Of a DNA stretch of 64,000 nt, positions 11,627-25,036 are shown in pieces. The position numbers were made by a program, and so were the translations under genes. The first letter of the stretch is position 1. Each line of letters opens with the position of its first letter. The notes below the pieces were generated by a model. That model was given only the letters and a program-made list of their open reading frames with translations. It had not been told where the DNA came from and searched no databases. The DNA is from Mobula hypostoma (Eukaryota), in contig NC_086097.1 of the NCBI RefSeq assembly GCF_963921235.1, forward strand, positions 117,492,001-117,556,000, written 5' to 3'.

Positions 11627-11905
11627 GAACATAGAACACAGAACATTATAGCACAGTAGAAGCCCTTCAGCTCACAATGTTGTGCTGATCTTTTAACCTA
11701 CTCGAAGTTTAATCTAACCCTTCCCTTCCACATAGGCCTCCATTTTTCTATCATTCATTTACCCATCTAAGAGTCTCTTAAACGTTCTAATGGATCTGCC
11801 TCCACTGCCACCCTGTCAGGGTGTTCCATACACTCATAACTCTGTGTCAAAAAGTGTACCTCTGACATTCCCCCCCCCCATACTTCACTACAATCCCCTT
11901 AAATT
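11627..11905 (-). mobile_element. CR1 3' end
   Basis: GAACATAGAACACAGAAC tail and 3'UTR similar to the CR1 at 54166. Confidence 0.75.
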
Positions 11906-14900
11906 ATTTTACTGGGTGGAATAGTTGGCAGAATGATTTACAGGACAGCATTAAAAGCATTAGAGCATGGTCCGTGGTGCAGAAGGGAAAGAGAGAGAAA
12001 AAGGGACTGGTAGTGATAGGGGACTCAATAGTGAGGGGATCAGACAGGAGATTCTGTGGACATGACGGGACACCCAGATGATATGTTGCCTCCCAGGTTC
12101 CAGGGTCAGGAATGTCTTGGATCCACAACATTTTGGAGAGGGAGGGGGAGCAGCCAGATATCTTGGTACATATTGGTACCAAGGACATAGGAAGGAAAAG
12201 CAAAGAGGTCATGAAAAGAGAATTTAGAGAGCTAGGTAGAAAGCTGAAAAGCAGGACCTCCTGGTTAGCAATTTCCAGACTGCTACCTGTGCAACGTGCC
12301 AGTGAGAGAAGATACAGGATGATCTGGCAGGTAAATGTGTGGCTGACAAACTGGTGCCGGGGGAAGGGCTTCAGATTCTTGGTTCATTGGGATCTTTTCT
12401 GGGGGAGGTATGACCTGTTCAAAAGTGACGGGTTGCACCTGAACCCGAGGGGGACCAATATTCTCACGGGCAGGTTTGTTAGAGCTGTTGGAGAGGGTTT
12501 AAACTAATTTGGCAGGGGGGTGGGAATCGGAGTGATGGGACTCAGGATAGGATGGATGGTAAAAAAGTAAAGATAACGTGCAATCAGACTGTCAGGAAGG
12601 GCAGGCAGGTGATGGGACATAGTTGCAGCCAACAGGGTGAGTGTCACTACCTTAGGGATGCAAAATCAAAAAGGGTAGCAAATACGGTACTCAAAGTGTT
12701 GTATCTCATTGCACAGAGTATAAGAAATAAGGTGGATGATCTTGTTGCGCTATTACAGATTGCCAGGTATGATGTTGTGGCCATCACTGAATCGTGGCTG
12801 AAAGATAGTTGTAGTTGGGAGCTGAATGCCCAAGGTTAAATGTTGTACCGGAGGGATAGGAAGATAGGCAGACTGGGTGGCATGGCTATACTGGTAAAGA
12901 ATGGCATCAAATCAGTAGAAGAATGTGACATAAGAATGGAAGACGTTGACTCCTCGTGGGTTGAGTTAAGAAACTGCAAGTGTAAAAGGACCCTGATGGC
13001 AGTTATATAGAGGCCTCCCAACGGTGGCTGGGATGTGGACCACAGGTTACAGCAGGAAATAGAAAAGGCGAGTCAAAAGGGCAATGTTATAATAGTCATG
13101 GGAGATTTTAACATAAAGGTTGATTGGGAAAATTAGGTTGGTAACGGATCTCAAGAGAATGAGTTTGTTGAATGCCTAAGAGATGGATTTTTAGAGAAGT
13201 TTGTCATTGAGCCTACTAGGGAATCAGCTATACTGGATTGGGAGTTATGTAATGAACTGGAGGGGATTAGGGAGCTTAAGGTAAAAGAACCCTTAGGATC
13301 CAGTAATCACAATATGATTGCTTTCAACTTGAAATTGTATAGGGAGAAAGTAAAATCTGATATAGCAGTATTTCAGTGGAGAAAGGGAAATTACAGTGGT
13401 ATGAGAGAGGAAATGGCCAAAGTAAAATTGGAAGGAGCTGTTGGCAGGGATGTCAGCAGAGCTGCAATGGCATGTGTTTCTGGGAAAAATGAGGAAGGTG
13501 CAGGACATGTGTATTCCAGAAATGAAGAAATACTCAAATGGTAAAATAGTGCAACCATGGCTGATAAGGGAAGTCAAAGCAATTGTAAAAACATAAGAAA
13601 GGGCATACCAAAGAAAGCCCTTAACTTTGAGTGGAGTCATCGGGATGCCATCATGACAGCATTTTTTTTAGCAGGATTTGTTATTTTTACGAGGCTGAGT
13701 TGGTAGCTCAACGCTCAACCCAGTATGGATGGAAAGCGTGCAAGGGAGGCAGTTGGATTTGAACTCGGGAGCCTTCTCTCTGAAGTCCGGCGCTGATGCC
13801 TCTACGCCACCAGCCAGCTAAAAGGGCATACAACAAAGCAAAAATTAGTTTGAAGATATAGGATTGGGAAGTTTTTAGAAACCTACAGAGAGCAACTAAA
13901 AGAATCACTAGAAGGAAAAAAAGATGAAATATGGAGTACTTGGTGACACAGGACAAGATAGTACAAAGTCAGCATGGTTTCCTGCCTGATGAACCTGTTG
14001 GAATTTTTTCAGAAGATTACAAGTAGGATGGATAAAGGGGATGCAGTGGATGTTGTATATTTGGACTTTCAGAAGGCCTTTGACAAGGTGCCACAAATGA
14101 GGTTGCTTACCAAGTTAAGAGCCCTGGTATCACAGGAAAGTTACTAAGATGGTTAGAGCATTGGCTGATTGGAAGAAAGCAGCGAGTAGGAATAAAAGGA
14201 TCCTTATCTGGTTGGTTGCCAGTGACTAGTGGTGTTCTGCAGAGGTCAGTGTTGGGACCTCTGCTTTATATGCTGTATATAAAAAAAAATTAGATGATGA
14301 AATAGATGGCTTTGTCACCAAGTTTACAGATAATATGAAGATTGGTGTAGGGGCAAGTAATGTTAAGGAAACAGGTAGGATGCAGAAGGACTTAGACAGA
14401 TTAGGAGAATGGACAAGAAATTGGCAAATAAAATATAATGTGGAAAAATGCATGGTCATGCGCTTTGGTATTAGAAATAAATGTGCAGACTATTTTCTAA
14501 ACTGTGAGAAAATCCAAAATCTGAGATGCAAAGGGACATGGGAGTCCTTGTGCAGAACACCCCGAAAATTCACTTGCAGGTTGAGTCAGTGGTGAGGAAG
14601 GCAAATGCAATGTTAGTATTCATTTCAAGAGGTCGAGAATACAAGAGCGGGGATGTGATGTTAAGGTTTTATAAAGCAGTGGTGAGGCCTCACCTTGTGT
14701 ATTGTGTACAGTTTTGGGCTCATCATATTAGAAAAGATGTGCTGGCATTGGAGAGGGTTCAGAGGAGGTTCACAAGGATGATTCCAGGAATTAAAAGGTT
14801 ATCATACAAGAAACGTTTGATGGCTCTGGGTCTGTACTTGCTGGAATTTAGAAGGATGAAGCGGGGGATCTCATTGAAACCTTTTGAATGTTGAAAGGCC

Positions 14901-15260
14901 GAGACAGAGCAGATGTGGAAAGGATATCTCCCATCGTGGGTGAGTCTAGGACAAGAGGGCACAACCTCAGAATACAGAGATGACCATTCAAAACAGAGAT
15001 ATGAAGAAATTTCTTTCATCAGAGGGTGGTGAATATGTGGAATTTGCAGCCACAGGTAGCTATGGAGACGAGGTCGTTGGGTGTAGTTAAGGCAGAGATT
15101 CATAGGTTCTTGATTGGACATGGCACCAAAGGTTATGGGGAGAAGTCTGGGAAATGGGTTTGAGGAGGAAGTAAAAAGGATCAGCCATGATTAAATGGCT
15201 GAGCTGATTCGATAGGCCAAATGCTTAATTCCACTCCTATGTCTTATGGTCTTATAGTCT
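11906..15260 (+). mobile_element. CR1 LINE: ORF1 SGNH-esterase domain, ORF2 EN, RT, 3'UTR; internal deletion ~13930
   Basis: VVIGDSIVRG, VHIGTKDIG, DGLHLN (esterase); SIRNKVDDL, AITESWL, YRPP, GDFN (EN); YLDFQKAFDKVP, HLVYCVQFW (RT); tail CTTATGGTCTTATAGTCT. Confidence 0.93.
13610..13819 (-). mobile_element. tRNA-derived SINE inside CR1
   Basis: Minus-strand A-box TGGCGTAGAGG and B-box GTTCAAATCC; TSD AAAGGGCATAC (13598-13608 and 13821-13831); relative at 56932. Confidence 0.85.
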
Positions 15261-15429
15261 AAAATTGGCAACCCCAATCTGAAGCGTTATCAAATCATTA
15301 ACTTCCTTATTTATGAGAAGTTCAATATCTTCTTCTTTGTGCAGTCTCATAGAGATGATGTTAAAAATGCTTGACTGAATTTCTCTTCAACAGCACCATA
15401 AGGGACATAACTCATTTGATTAGCACCAA

Positions 15430-15815
15430 TTCACAACCATTCACTCATTTCACCACCGATGGACAGTGGCAACATTTTGTACCATCTATAAGATGCACTG
15501 CAGCAACTTATCAAGAATCCTGAGAAAGCACCCTCCAACTCAGCAACCTCAGCAGTTAAGGCAGCAACAGTGTGGGAGTTCTACTGGTTGGAAGCTCCCC
15601 CCGAGACACTCACTGACCTGTTCCTTCAGCATCATCGGGCCCAACTCCTTGAATTCTCTCACTACCAATATGGTGGGTATATCTTCATCTCAAGAACTGC
15701 AGCAGTTCAAGAAGACAGCTCACCATCACCATCTCAACAGCAAGTCAGGATAAACAATTAAATGCTGGCTCAGACTGCATACCTCATATCTATTGAACAA
15801 ATGTATTAAAAATCA
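15430..15815 (+). mobile_element. Old LINE (CR1/L2 superfamily) ORF2 C-terminus and 3'UTR
   Basis: HSFHHRWTVATFCTIYKMHCSN..LRKH..NSL..LQQFKKTAHHH, typical of a LINE ORF2 end. Confidence 0.65.
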
Positions 15816-16595
15816 CCCATTTCTATTTACAGGTCCTATTCTTTTTCAGCTGTACATGTTGTCATAAAACTGAGCTCCTTGTTTGGATTTCTTATTTAGT
15901 GTCCTCTGCCTTACATTTCACTGCATATTCTTTCTATTGTTGCAACACTTACACCCTGGTTTCAGAATGTTTGGCTTGTTGGTAGAATTGTGAATCTGGA
16001 TGTTATCACCTTTGGGTCAGGTATTCCATTCCAATTTGTTCAAATCCCAAAATTTCATGAAGATGCAATGGGCACAAATGTCATATTTTATCATGAGCAC
16101 TGACTGAGTCTAAGATGCAATGAACTTGTCTCCTATTCAAAATCAGAATCAGGTTTAATATCACCGGTATCCCCCTTACATGAAACCAACCATTGTGCCT
16201 TGGGCTGAAGGTTCAGATAAAGGAATCACTCGTCCACACCTATCTGAGCATTGTGTGAACTAACAGAAAATCAAAGGAGAAGGTTTTGAATTTTGCTGAG
16301 GGATAGATGAATAAGGGTTGTTGAGGTGAGAGAAGAAGGAATGGTCAGAAGTTATAAATCAAGGAAATCAAGTTTGATCATCCTGCATTGATAGGAAGGC
16401 GGGTTGTATGTCTTGTGGTATAACTTTGTATTTCTGGTGCCTAAGTAGTAAACTTGTTTCTGGACAAACATGTAATCCTGAACTTCGAAGGAATATTTTC
16501 TTACATTATAAAAATTCCTTTGTTTTATGATCCTACAGAGTAGCAATGCAATCAATGCAATCATAATGTTCTCCTAAGGGGTTACCTATTGTTGG

Positions 16596-18273
16596 TGTCA
16601 TGGTCTGGTCCATGAAGTCCACATTCCGGTTCACGGTCCGGTCTGTGGACTCAGGACTCCGGGTCTTCCAGCTGTCCCTTGTTTTGATTGAGTTAATTAT
16701 AGGCACCTGGTTCCCATCTTGGGGATTGGAATATAAGTAGTCTTGGGGTGGAGTGTGGGTGGCTGGTTTGTCTTGTCAAGATCCCCTGGGAGCAACCTGC
16801 TGGTGGAAGGTTGGAACGGCCACTTGCTATCTTTAGGCAGCATTGGGGAACCATCCCCTCATGGAGCCTAGCTGTCAGTAGTTGGAGCTGTCTTTGCGAT
16901 ATGGATTTGGCAGTTTCCTGGGCCAGCTGAGTGGCTGCCAGCCACTCCGAGCTAGGTAGGGATCCAGCTGTTTCCATAGCCAGCTGAGATTGCTGGCCAA
17001 ACTGAGACTCGGAGCTACCCTGAAGCAAAGATGGAACAGTCTGCTGTTCTTTGGTGTTTGTCTTTTCTTGTCCTCGCCTCCATGGGGTAAGTCAGGCTGT
17101 TTTGCCGTTGCCCTGCGGGGGGATCTGTCTTGTCCTCACCTCCATGGGATAAGTCAGGCCTTTCTGCTGTTGCCCTGCGGGGGTCTTGTCTTGTCTTGTC
17201 CCCGCCTCCGTGGGGTAAGTCAGGCCGTTTTGCTATTGCCCTGCCAGGGGATATGTCTTGATTTGTCTTTGCCTCTGTTGGGTAAGTCTGGCCGTTCTGC
17301 CATTACCCAACAGGTGGACCTGTCCCACCTTAGTGTGGAGATAAAGTTGAGTCCCAGCTAGTCTATGGATGAGTCCCGGCTCTATGTCTATGTTCTGTCC
17401 AGTCTTATGTTAGTGTTGTGTTAAAGATGAGTCCCAGCTTTTCGAAGGATAAGTCCTGAGTTATCAGCCTCTGCATTCCAAGACCCCTGCTCCCAGCCTG
17501 ACTCCAAGTTCAAGAGCCAAGACCCCAGCCTGTCTCCAAGTTCAAGAGCAAAGACCCCAGCCTGTCTCCAAGTTCGAGAGCCAAGAACCCAAACCTCAAG
17601 GACCCGAAGCCAAGCTCCAAGAACCCAAGCCTCGAGAACCACAAGCCAAGCTCCAAGAACCCATGCCTCGAGGACCCCAAGCCAAACTCCAAGAACATAA
17701 GCTTCGAGGACCCCAAGCCAAGCTCCAAGAACACAAGCCTCGGGGACCCCAAGCCAAGCTCCAAGAACACAAGCCTCGGGGACCCCAAGCCAAGCTCCAA
17801 GAACACAAGCCTCGAGGACCCCAAGCCAAGCTCCAAGAACACAAGCCTCGAAGACACCAAGCCAACCTCCAAGCCTCAAGACCAAGGCCCCAGCCTGCAA
17901 CCAAGCTCAAGACCCAAGGCCCCAGCCTGCAGCCAAGATCAAGACCTAAGAGCAAAGACCCCAGCCTGTCTCCAAGCTCAGGCCTCTGGACCTCAGCCAC
18001 GTCCTGTCCTGTAGCGCTGTCATGTCCTTGCCTGGTTCTGGTTTCCGAGGCCGAGGCAAGACCCAGTTTCTGGGTCCTTGTCCAGTCTCGGGCTCGGAGT
18101 CGAAGCCTTGTCTCCTAGTCCATGGTTTCTAGTTCTGGTCCCGCTTTCCCTAGCCCAAGTCCCTGCTCCTTGCCTGTATCTTGTCACGTCCCCACTCTAG
18201 TCAAGTCCTGTTCCTTGTACTTCAGTGTCTGTGTCTCACATTTAGGTCCGCTACCAGCGCCCCCTTTGTGACA
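16596..18273 (+). mobile_element. Long solo LTR containing internal tandem repeats
   Basis: Begins TGTCA, ends TGACA; flanks GTTGG/CTTGG (5-bp TSD, 1 mismatch); TATA-like AATATAAG ~16731; no gag/pol motifs. Confidence 0.8.
17480..17980. repeat. Tandem array of ~33-bp and 36-bp units within the LTR
   Basis: Unit CCCCAAGCCAAGCTCCAAGAACACAAGCCTCG(A/G)GGA (12-aa periodicity in the ORF track), flanked by AAGACCCCAGCCTG units. Confidence 0.9.
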
Positions 18274-18649
18274 CTTGGGTCCTCTGGGTTCCATATATTC
18301 TGATGCAGTCTGGACAAGAGTAAGTGGTGACTGTGGCTAGTAGCTGGGTCTTTTGGTTGGTTAGTCTCTCCTGTCACAGCTGCCATGTGCTCTCGGTAAC
18401 ACAGCAGAGGTTATTCTTATGTAGCAGCTCCCCCTTGAACAGATTTCCACCTGCTGTATGGATACAAACCGGGAAGACATTGGACATGCCAACATGCTGA
18501 TATTGAGTTAAGGCTGCATCACACAGTAACCCCTTTGTCAGGCTATTGTGCCACCCTAGAAGAGTATCGATGATCAGAGTATGTACAGAAAAAGCAGATG
18601 TTGCGAGTCTAAGACAATTGAAATAAAATAAAACGTCAAGATAAAAATA

Positions 18650-19660
18650 AATGTCCTTTATCTGAATGGATACTGCATTCCTAAAAAGATGCACAGATGA
18701 AAATAAAAAGGTAATATCTGACAGCCATTACAGAGATGTGACTGCAAGAGGACTTGTGTTGGGAACTCAGTACTCATATGGGTATTTGATCATTTGGAAG
18801 GAAAGACAGAAAAGGGAAGGCACTGGAGTAATCACCACAGTGGGGAAGAATAATATTGGCTCTGAAGCTCAAGATGTAGAATAAGCTGGGGTGGAGATAA
18901 GAAATAGTCAGGGACAGAAGTTGACTCACAGACATTGTGTAGACATCCCTCAACTGTAGGACAGCTTGCTAATTAAGATATCATGGGAATTTGGAAGAAT
19001 ATATGGCGATATTATTGAAACAAGGTTTTGAGCATGTTTGATCCAGTGAATACTGTGAGAATAAATTCCCTATGAGGTGTATGGAGAACAAGTGAGCATA
19101 GTTCTGCAATAAAGGGGTAGCGACACAAGATAGGCATGAGGGGCTTTTACATAAGGCCACAAACCCCTGGAGTTATCTAGCTCAGTGAAGTGTGGAGGTC
19201 AAGTTACTTAATATACAGTATTCAGGAACCAGACTGACAAATGCTTACTATTTTATTTTGAGATACAACAGGAATAGGCCCTTCTATCCACTTAAGCTGC
19301 ACCACCTAGCAATCTCCTATTTAACCCTAGCCTAATCATGAGACAATTTACAATAACCAACTAACCTACCAAGCTGTACTCTTTGGACTGTGGAGGAAAC
19401 TGGAGTTCCCAGAGAAAATCCAGGGAGGACATACAAACTCCTTACAGTGGTTGCTGGGATTGAAGCGCCAACGCCCGAAGTTGTAATGATGCCGTGCTAA
19501 CCACTGCACTACCGTGGTGCTTACTATAAATGGGGATATATAATTGAACAGGAACGTGATGTTGAGACCAAGGACATATCGGCCATTATCTTATCGAAAT
19601 GCTGGGCAAGGAGAAGGGACCTTTTAGCCTACACTTCTCCTCTTCCTTATGTTTTTATTA
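18650..19660 (+). mobile_element. Old CR1 fragments
   Basis: Decayed EN-like segment (..WVEIRN..) and decayed 3' end, interrupted by a SINE. Confidence 0.5.
19250..19522 (-). mobile_element. tRNA-derived SINE (HE1-like)
   Basis: Reverse reads GCACCACGGTAGTGCAGTGGTTAGCAC..TTCAATCCC; homologous to 37681. Confidence 0.8.
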
Positions 19661-20639
19661 CATCCTTATTCTTGTCATGATTGATCACATCTCTCTTTGT
19701 AAGAACATTCCTCTCTTCAGACCCTTGAATGGAATCTAATGGATTTAATGCATCTGCCACCCTTGGACTTATGTGGCGGTAAGAGTACCTGGAATATCAA
19801 TGAAATGGATGACCTATATGGGTGGTTTGCATTTATCATAGGAAATGCATTTGTAATTCTTTCATGAACTAAATAATTCTGTGAACAGCAGATCTTTGGG
19901 GAAGCCTGTCAAGGTGTGGAATTCTCTCAATTCCCTCAGGTACTAGTAAATTGGAAATTTGGCTCTGTACTGAAGCATTTTAGATCTTGTCTTCTAAAAT
20001 CCATTTAGCAAGGAGTTTCATGACCTGATGATGCCATATATCAATGACCGTATCAATATTCTTGATCATCTCAATACCTTTCGGAGTATCTTAGTTATTC
20101 TAGAATTGCTTCTTGACAAGGCATCAACCCATAAGTTACTTGTGCATGTTTGCATCTCCTAGCCAGACCTTTCTCCCCTCCTTCACTTTTGGATAATTAT
20201 CCCCTATTCACAGGCCAGTAGGAAGGTAATCAAAGCCCTCACGTTCCTTAGGATGTGGAACATCTTGAGTTCCTACAACAATTACCACAATTTTAATATA
20301 TTCCAGAAAAATGCTCAATCCAGTTGCCACCAACTACCCCTATTCTCATATTTGCATAAAATATATAAGTAAATGACGTAAGTGCTGTGCCTGTTGTTAC
20401 CAGTCTTCAACCAAGTGTTAATGCCTGCTTTAAAGCTCCTGCTTTCTCCCAGAGCTTACCAAGGTGATATAAGCCAGCTTTACTGTTTTGGCTCACAGAC
20501 CATCGCTCAATACATTGCAAAAGTTGCAAAAAATAGTTAGAGCAGCCACTGCTAATGGGGCTGGAATATGAAAGGTAGGTTTTTACAGAAGTTCTTAATG
20601 GACCCTTGGAGAGTCAGTAATTGATGGTTTTGAGGGCAG

Positions 20640-21012
20640 GACATTAGAAAGGAGGGGAGGTTTGATAGAAGTATACAAAATTATGAGGGGTATAAGCAGG
20701 CTTTTGCCACTCAGGTTGGGTGGGGCTACAACTAGAGGTCATAGGTTCAGGGTAAAAGGTGAAAGTTTAAGCGGAACACGAGGGGAAACTTCTTCATTCA
20801 GAGAGTCGTGAGTGTGTGGAATGAGCTGCCAGCCCAAGTGGGGCATGTGAGCTCGATTTCAGCATTTAAGAGAAATTTGGATGGATAGATGGATGGTAGG
20901 GGTATGGAGGTCTATGGTCCTTGTGTAGGCCAATGGGAGTCAGTAGGTTTAATAGTTCAGCACAGAATGAATGGGCTGAAGGGCCTGTTTCTGTGCTGTA
21001 CTTTTCTATGAC
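20640..21012 (+). mobile_element. CR1 3' end
   Basis: LIEVYKIMRG..TRGHRFRVKGESL..FFIQRVVSVWNELP; 3'UTR GGGCTGAAGGGCCTGTTTCTGTGCTGTA. Confidence 0.88.
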
Positions 21013-21304
21013 TCAGTGACACTATAATTCTAAAAGCTTTCATCACTGCACAGCATATTAGCAAACCTTTACCTTGTTTTATGTTGGATCAATAAAATGA
21101 AAACACAGCATCTGGGTTTATAATAGGAAGGAGTATGAGAGTGTCAGAAAGACAGGGGAGAGGGACAGATGAGGAGAGAGAGAAGGGCAAGGGGAGAGAG
21201 AGGACATGGAGTGAAGGGTGGGAGAGAGAGAGTGGGGACATGGGAGAAGAAGGGGAATAAGAACAGAGTGTAAACAAAGGGGAGAGGGAGAGAGAAAATG
21301 AGGC

Positions 21305-21926
21305 AGTGGCGTTTCAATGCCCATCAACCTAACCCTGGTATGAAGTTGGATCACTTTAAGTGCCATGCCGATTTTGAGAGGTTAAGAATGGCTTGGGCTG
21401 GGTGGCTGGGCCTAGGCGGCTAGGCCTAGGCTGAAAGCGAATCGCTGGGCTACATGGTTTAAGCCTGGAGTGTTTCACTGAGCCGGGGCCCGGCGTAATC
21501 TGCTGTTTGGACAATTTAAATGCCAGCCCAGAAAGACTGGAAAGGGTTCGGAATTGGAGGCGAGTTTTGGGTCGATTTCATGCTGAGGCTGTGAAACTAC
21601 CCTGGCTGCTGTACTTCATGTCTGCAAGCTTTGCAGCAGTTTTCTCTGCTAATGTGATGAGCTGAAACTGAGGCTTTGGGCCTACTGCAGGCTGCTTGGG
21701 GGATTCAGATCTAAGGACTCAATTTGGTTCAGAATGCTGTTGCTCGCTTCCATTGTTTGCATGATTTGTGCTTCTTTTCTCTTTTTCTGAAGACTGGGTG
21801 TTGGAATTTATTTTTTTTTTAATTGGGATTTTTCACGTTTCTTGCTTTGTGGGTGCCCGTGAACAGAGATATCTCAAGGGTGTATAATTTATACATACAT
21901 TGATATTAAGTGCACTTTGAATCTTG
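21305..21926 (+). mobile_element. Non-coding interspersed repeat with LINE-like 3' tail
   Basis: GC-rich head; 3' part ending TGCACTTTGAATCTTG resembles 27625-27845. Confidence 0.55.
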
Positions 21927-21929
21927 TAA

Positions 21930-22385
21930 TGAATTTCAGTATTATTAACAGGCAATTCACATTGAAAATTCAGATGCTGTAAGAAAGTTAAAGTCTATTG
22001 TATTGATGGAGTTTGGCACTGAAATGGATTGTATGCTGTTTTATCTCCATGTACCACTGAAAGTCAACAAGGTACAATTCATGGAAGTGGCACAGAAATT
22101 GGAGGATTATTTTGATCTATTGCCTTTGAAACAGGAGAAAATAACAAGGCTGGCACTGGAAATCAAAGGTTAAGCAAAGCAATCAGTGACCACACCGATG
22201 CATTAGAAGATTTTTCCAGACATTGCACATCTGGAGAATTTTTAAACTGTGCACTATACCACAGACTTCTCTGTGGCTGTAAGTGATGAGCAGATTGAGT
22301 CCAAGTTATCAAGCACAAAGAGACTTGAATTTGACTTGACTTGCAAAATTGCAATGTTAATGGGAGTGGCAGTAAAATGTGCAAA
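21930..22385 (+). pseudogene. Ancient Gypsy gag fragment
   Basis: KLEDYFD..ISDHTDALEDFSRHCTSGEFLN.AL..RLLCG..EQIESKL...LEFD.TCKIAMLM parallels the gag at 7500-7790. Confidence 0.6.
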
Positions 22386-22596
22386 GGTATTTTCTCTGTG
22401 GTCAGAAACAATCATGAAAATAGTCTTATAGTCAGAAGATAGCAGTGAAAGCTATATGGTCGGAAGAAGGTCAACATTTCTTGGTGTGTAAGTAAGAATT
22501 CTTGCTGCAGATGCAATAGCAGTCATTTGCCTCAGGTCTGCTCCTTTAAGAAGGCCTAGTCTGCATGTGTCAGAAGATGGGGCTATGACAAATCCA

Positions 22597-23065
22597 TACA
22601 CACTCAGAAGCCACTGTATTAGGTACACCTGCACACCCATTCGTTAATGCAAATATCTAATATGCCAATCGCATGGCAGCAACTTAATGCAGAAAAACAT
22701 GCAGACATGGTCAAGGGGTAAAGTTGGTCTTTAGACCAAACATCAGAATAGGGACGAAATGTGATCGAAATGACTTTGGCAGTGGAATAATCTTAGGTGC
22801 CAGATAGGGTGCTTGACTATCTCAGAAACTACTGACAGCCTGTGATTTTCGCGTACAACGGTCTCCAGAGTTTACAGAGAATTGTGCAAGAAACAAAACA
22901 CATCCAGTGAGCTGCAGTTCTGTGGGTGAGAATGCGTTGTTAATGAAGAAGGCCAGACTGGTTGAAGCTGACAGGAAGGAGGCAGTAACTTTAAAATCCA
23001 CGTGATACAACAGTGGTGGGCAGAAGAGCATCACTGAACGCACAACACATCAAACCTTGAAGTGA
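22597..23065 (+). mobile_element. Tc1-derived non-autonomous DNA transposon
   Basis: TA plus TIR-like CACTCAGAAGCCACTGTATTAGGTACAC; decayed transposase N-terminus (..CDxxDFxxGxIxGAR..ISET..FSRTTVSRVYRE..). Confidence 0.85.
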
Positions 23066-24002
23066 ATCTTCCCTCAGTCTTCTACGTTCCAAGCAATAAA
23101 GTCATAATCTATTCCATTTTTCCTTATAACCCAGGTCCCCCGGTGCCGGCAACATCCTTGTAAATTTTCTCTGCACTCTTTTAACCTTATCATTATTTCA
23201 TGTTGTGGGTGGATAAGTTTCAAACTTAACACCAGATAATTTCCTGATAGTCCTAATGAAAAAAAAATTACACATAAGAAACATAAAAATTAAAGTATTT
23301 TTGCACCTTAGATCATACAATTGATTATTTCTAGGAGAAAACAGTTCCTACAATGATGTACATGTGACAAATAAAGAAAAAAACTCTTATCTAATTATCC
23401 CTTTATCTCAATATTTCTTGTACTGTTACTGTGATAAAGGAAGAAAAAAATAATAGCAACAGACGTGGTATTATCTTGATGTACTCATTGGTAGGCAGGT
23501 GCATTATAGATATTCCCACAGCCACAGGAGTTCGAGTCTGGAAGATGTGATTATTTGTGCATTGAATTCCTTTGATAGATTGCACAAAGAAAGGAGAAAC
23601 AGAAGTGGAAAGCTTGTTTTGAAAATACTGAGCAATCTGGCAAAAATCATAACCTCTGTGGACATTGCAAATGAGAACTGAAACTTACCAGATGAACAAC
23701 CCTGTAAGAGAATTCTGATTTCAACAAATGGAGTTCAAAACTACTTCTTGTCTTCGTTTTCAAATTATGTGCAACTCAGAAGCTCCCTGCGTACTTTCAC
23801 TTAACAAGGAAGAATAATGACCAGCCTCCATGTCTGTGTTTTAGTTATTTAGAGCCAGTTATTCTGATTTGTCAAAACAGCACAGAAATTGACTTACCCA
23901 CTCATTTATTCATTCTTCTCTCGGAAATAGCATCTGGTACCTGAATCCGTTTTTCGTGAGGATTCACAGAGAGCTAGACTGCTGTTGCAGGAACAGCCTT
24001 GC

Positions 24003-24735
24003 AATCAACGTCAGTAGGACCAAGGAATTCACTGTGGACTTCAGGAAGGGGAAGTTGCGAGGACACACTTCAGTCCTTATTGAGGGTGAGCAGTTTCAAG
24101 TTCCAGACAGTCAACATCGCTGAAGATACATCCTGGGCCCAACATATTGATACAATTAGAAAGAAGGCATGACAGCGGCTGTATTTCATTAGGAGCTTGA
24201 GGAGAATTGGTATGTCACTCAAGACACTCGCAAATTTGTACAGATGTACTGTGGATAGCATTCTAACTGGTTGCATCACCATCTGGTATGGAGATGTCAC
24301 TGCACAGGATCAAAAGTCTGCAGAAAGTTGTAAACTGCCAACTCCATCATGGGCACCAGCCTCCCCAGCATTCAGGACACCATCAAAAGGTGATACCTCA
24401 AACAGTAGCTTCCATCATTACAGAGCCCCATCACTCAGGACAATCCTCTTCTCATTCTTACCATCAGGGTGGGAGTACAGGACCTTGATGACACACACTA
24501 AATGTTTCAGGAACAGCTTTTTCCCCTCCACCATCGGATTTCTGAATGGTCGATGAATCCATGAACACTACCCCAGTATTTTTCCCTCCCATTTTGACTG
24601 TTAATTTAATTTAATTTTCTTTTCATATATACTTATTCTAATTTATATTTTTTACTATTATGTATTGCAATGTACTATGGCCTCAGAACAACAAATTTCA
24701 TGACATATGCCAATGATATTAAACCTGTCTCTGAT
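24003..24735 (+). mobile_element. Rex1/Babar LINE 3' fragment
   Basis: TKEFTVDFRKG, RLYFIRSLRR, LYRCTVDSILTGCITIWYG, FRNSFFPS; 3'UTR ending ATATTAAACCTG. Confidence 0.88.
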
Positions 24736-25036
24736 TTTTTTCCAGAAAGGAAATTAATAACGAAGTTATTTTTGACTCTGATGCTGTAAAAGGTGGCATC
24801 CAGTTTTTGGACACAGTTCCACTAGGGTGGAATTTTTCATAATGACCCTAACCTTAACCTTTGGGAACATTAATCATGTGCAGAGATTTCTAGATGGTCT
24901 TACATTCACTGCAAAGAGAAACACGCCCAGTATAAATGAGGAAAAATCTGGATGTGCATTTACTGAAAGAACACATAACCTACTAAATGAATTTAAAGCA
25001 GCAGGTGATTAAAAGATCCAAGTTCAATGTGGAAAG

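Noticed and set aside
17421..18118. Four overlapping 120-159 aa ORFs with 12-aa repeats
   Set aside because: By-product of a 36-bp tandem array lacking stops inside a solo LTR; no coding evidence.
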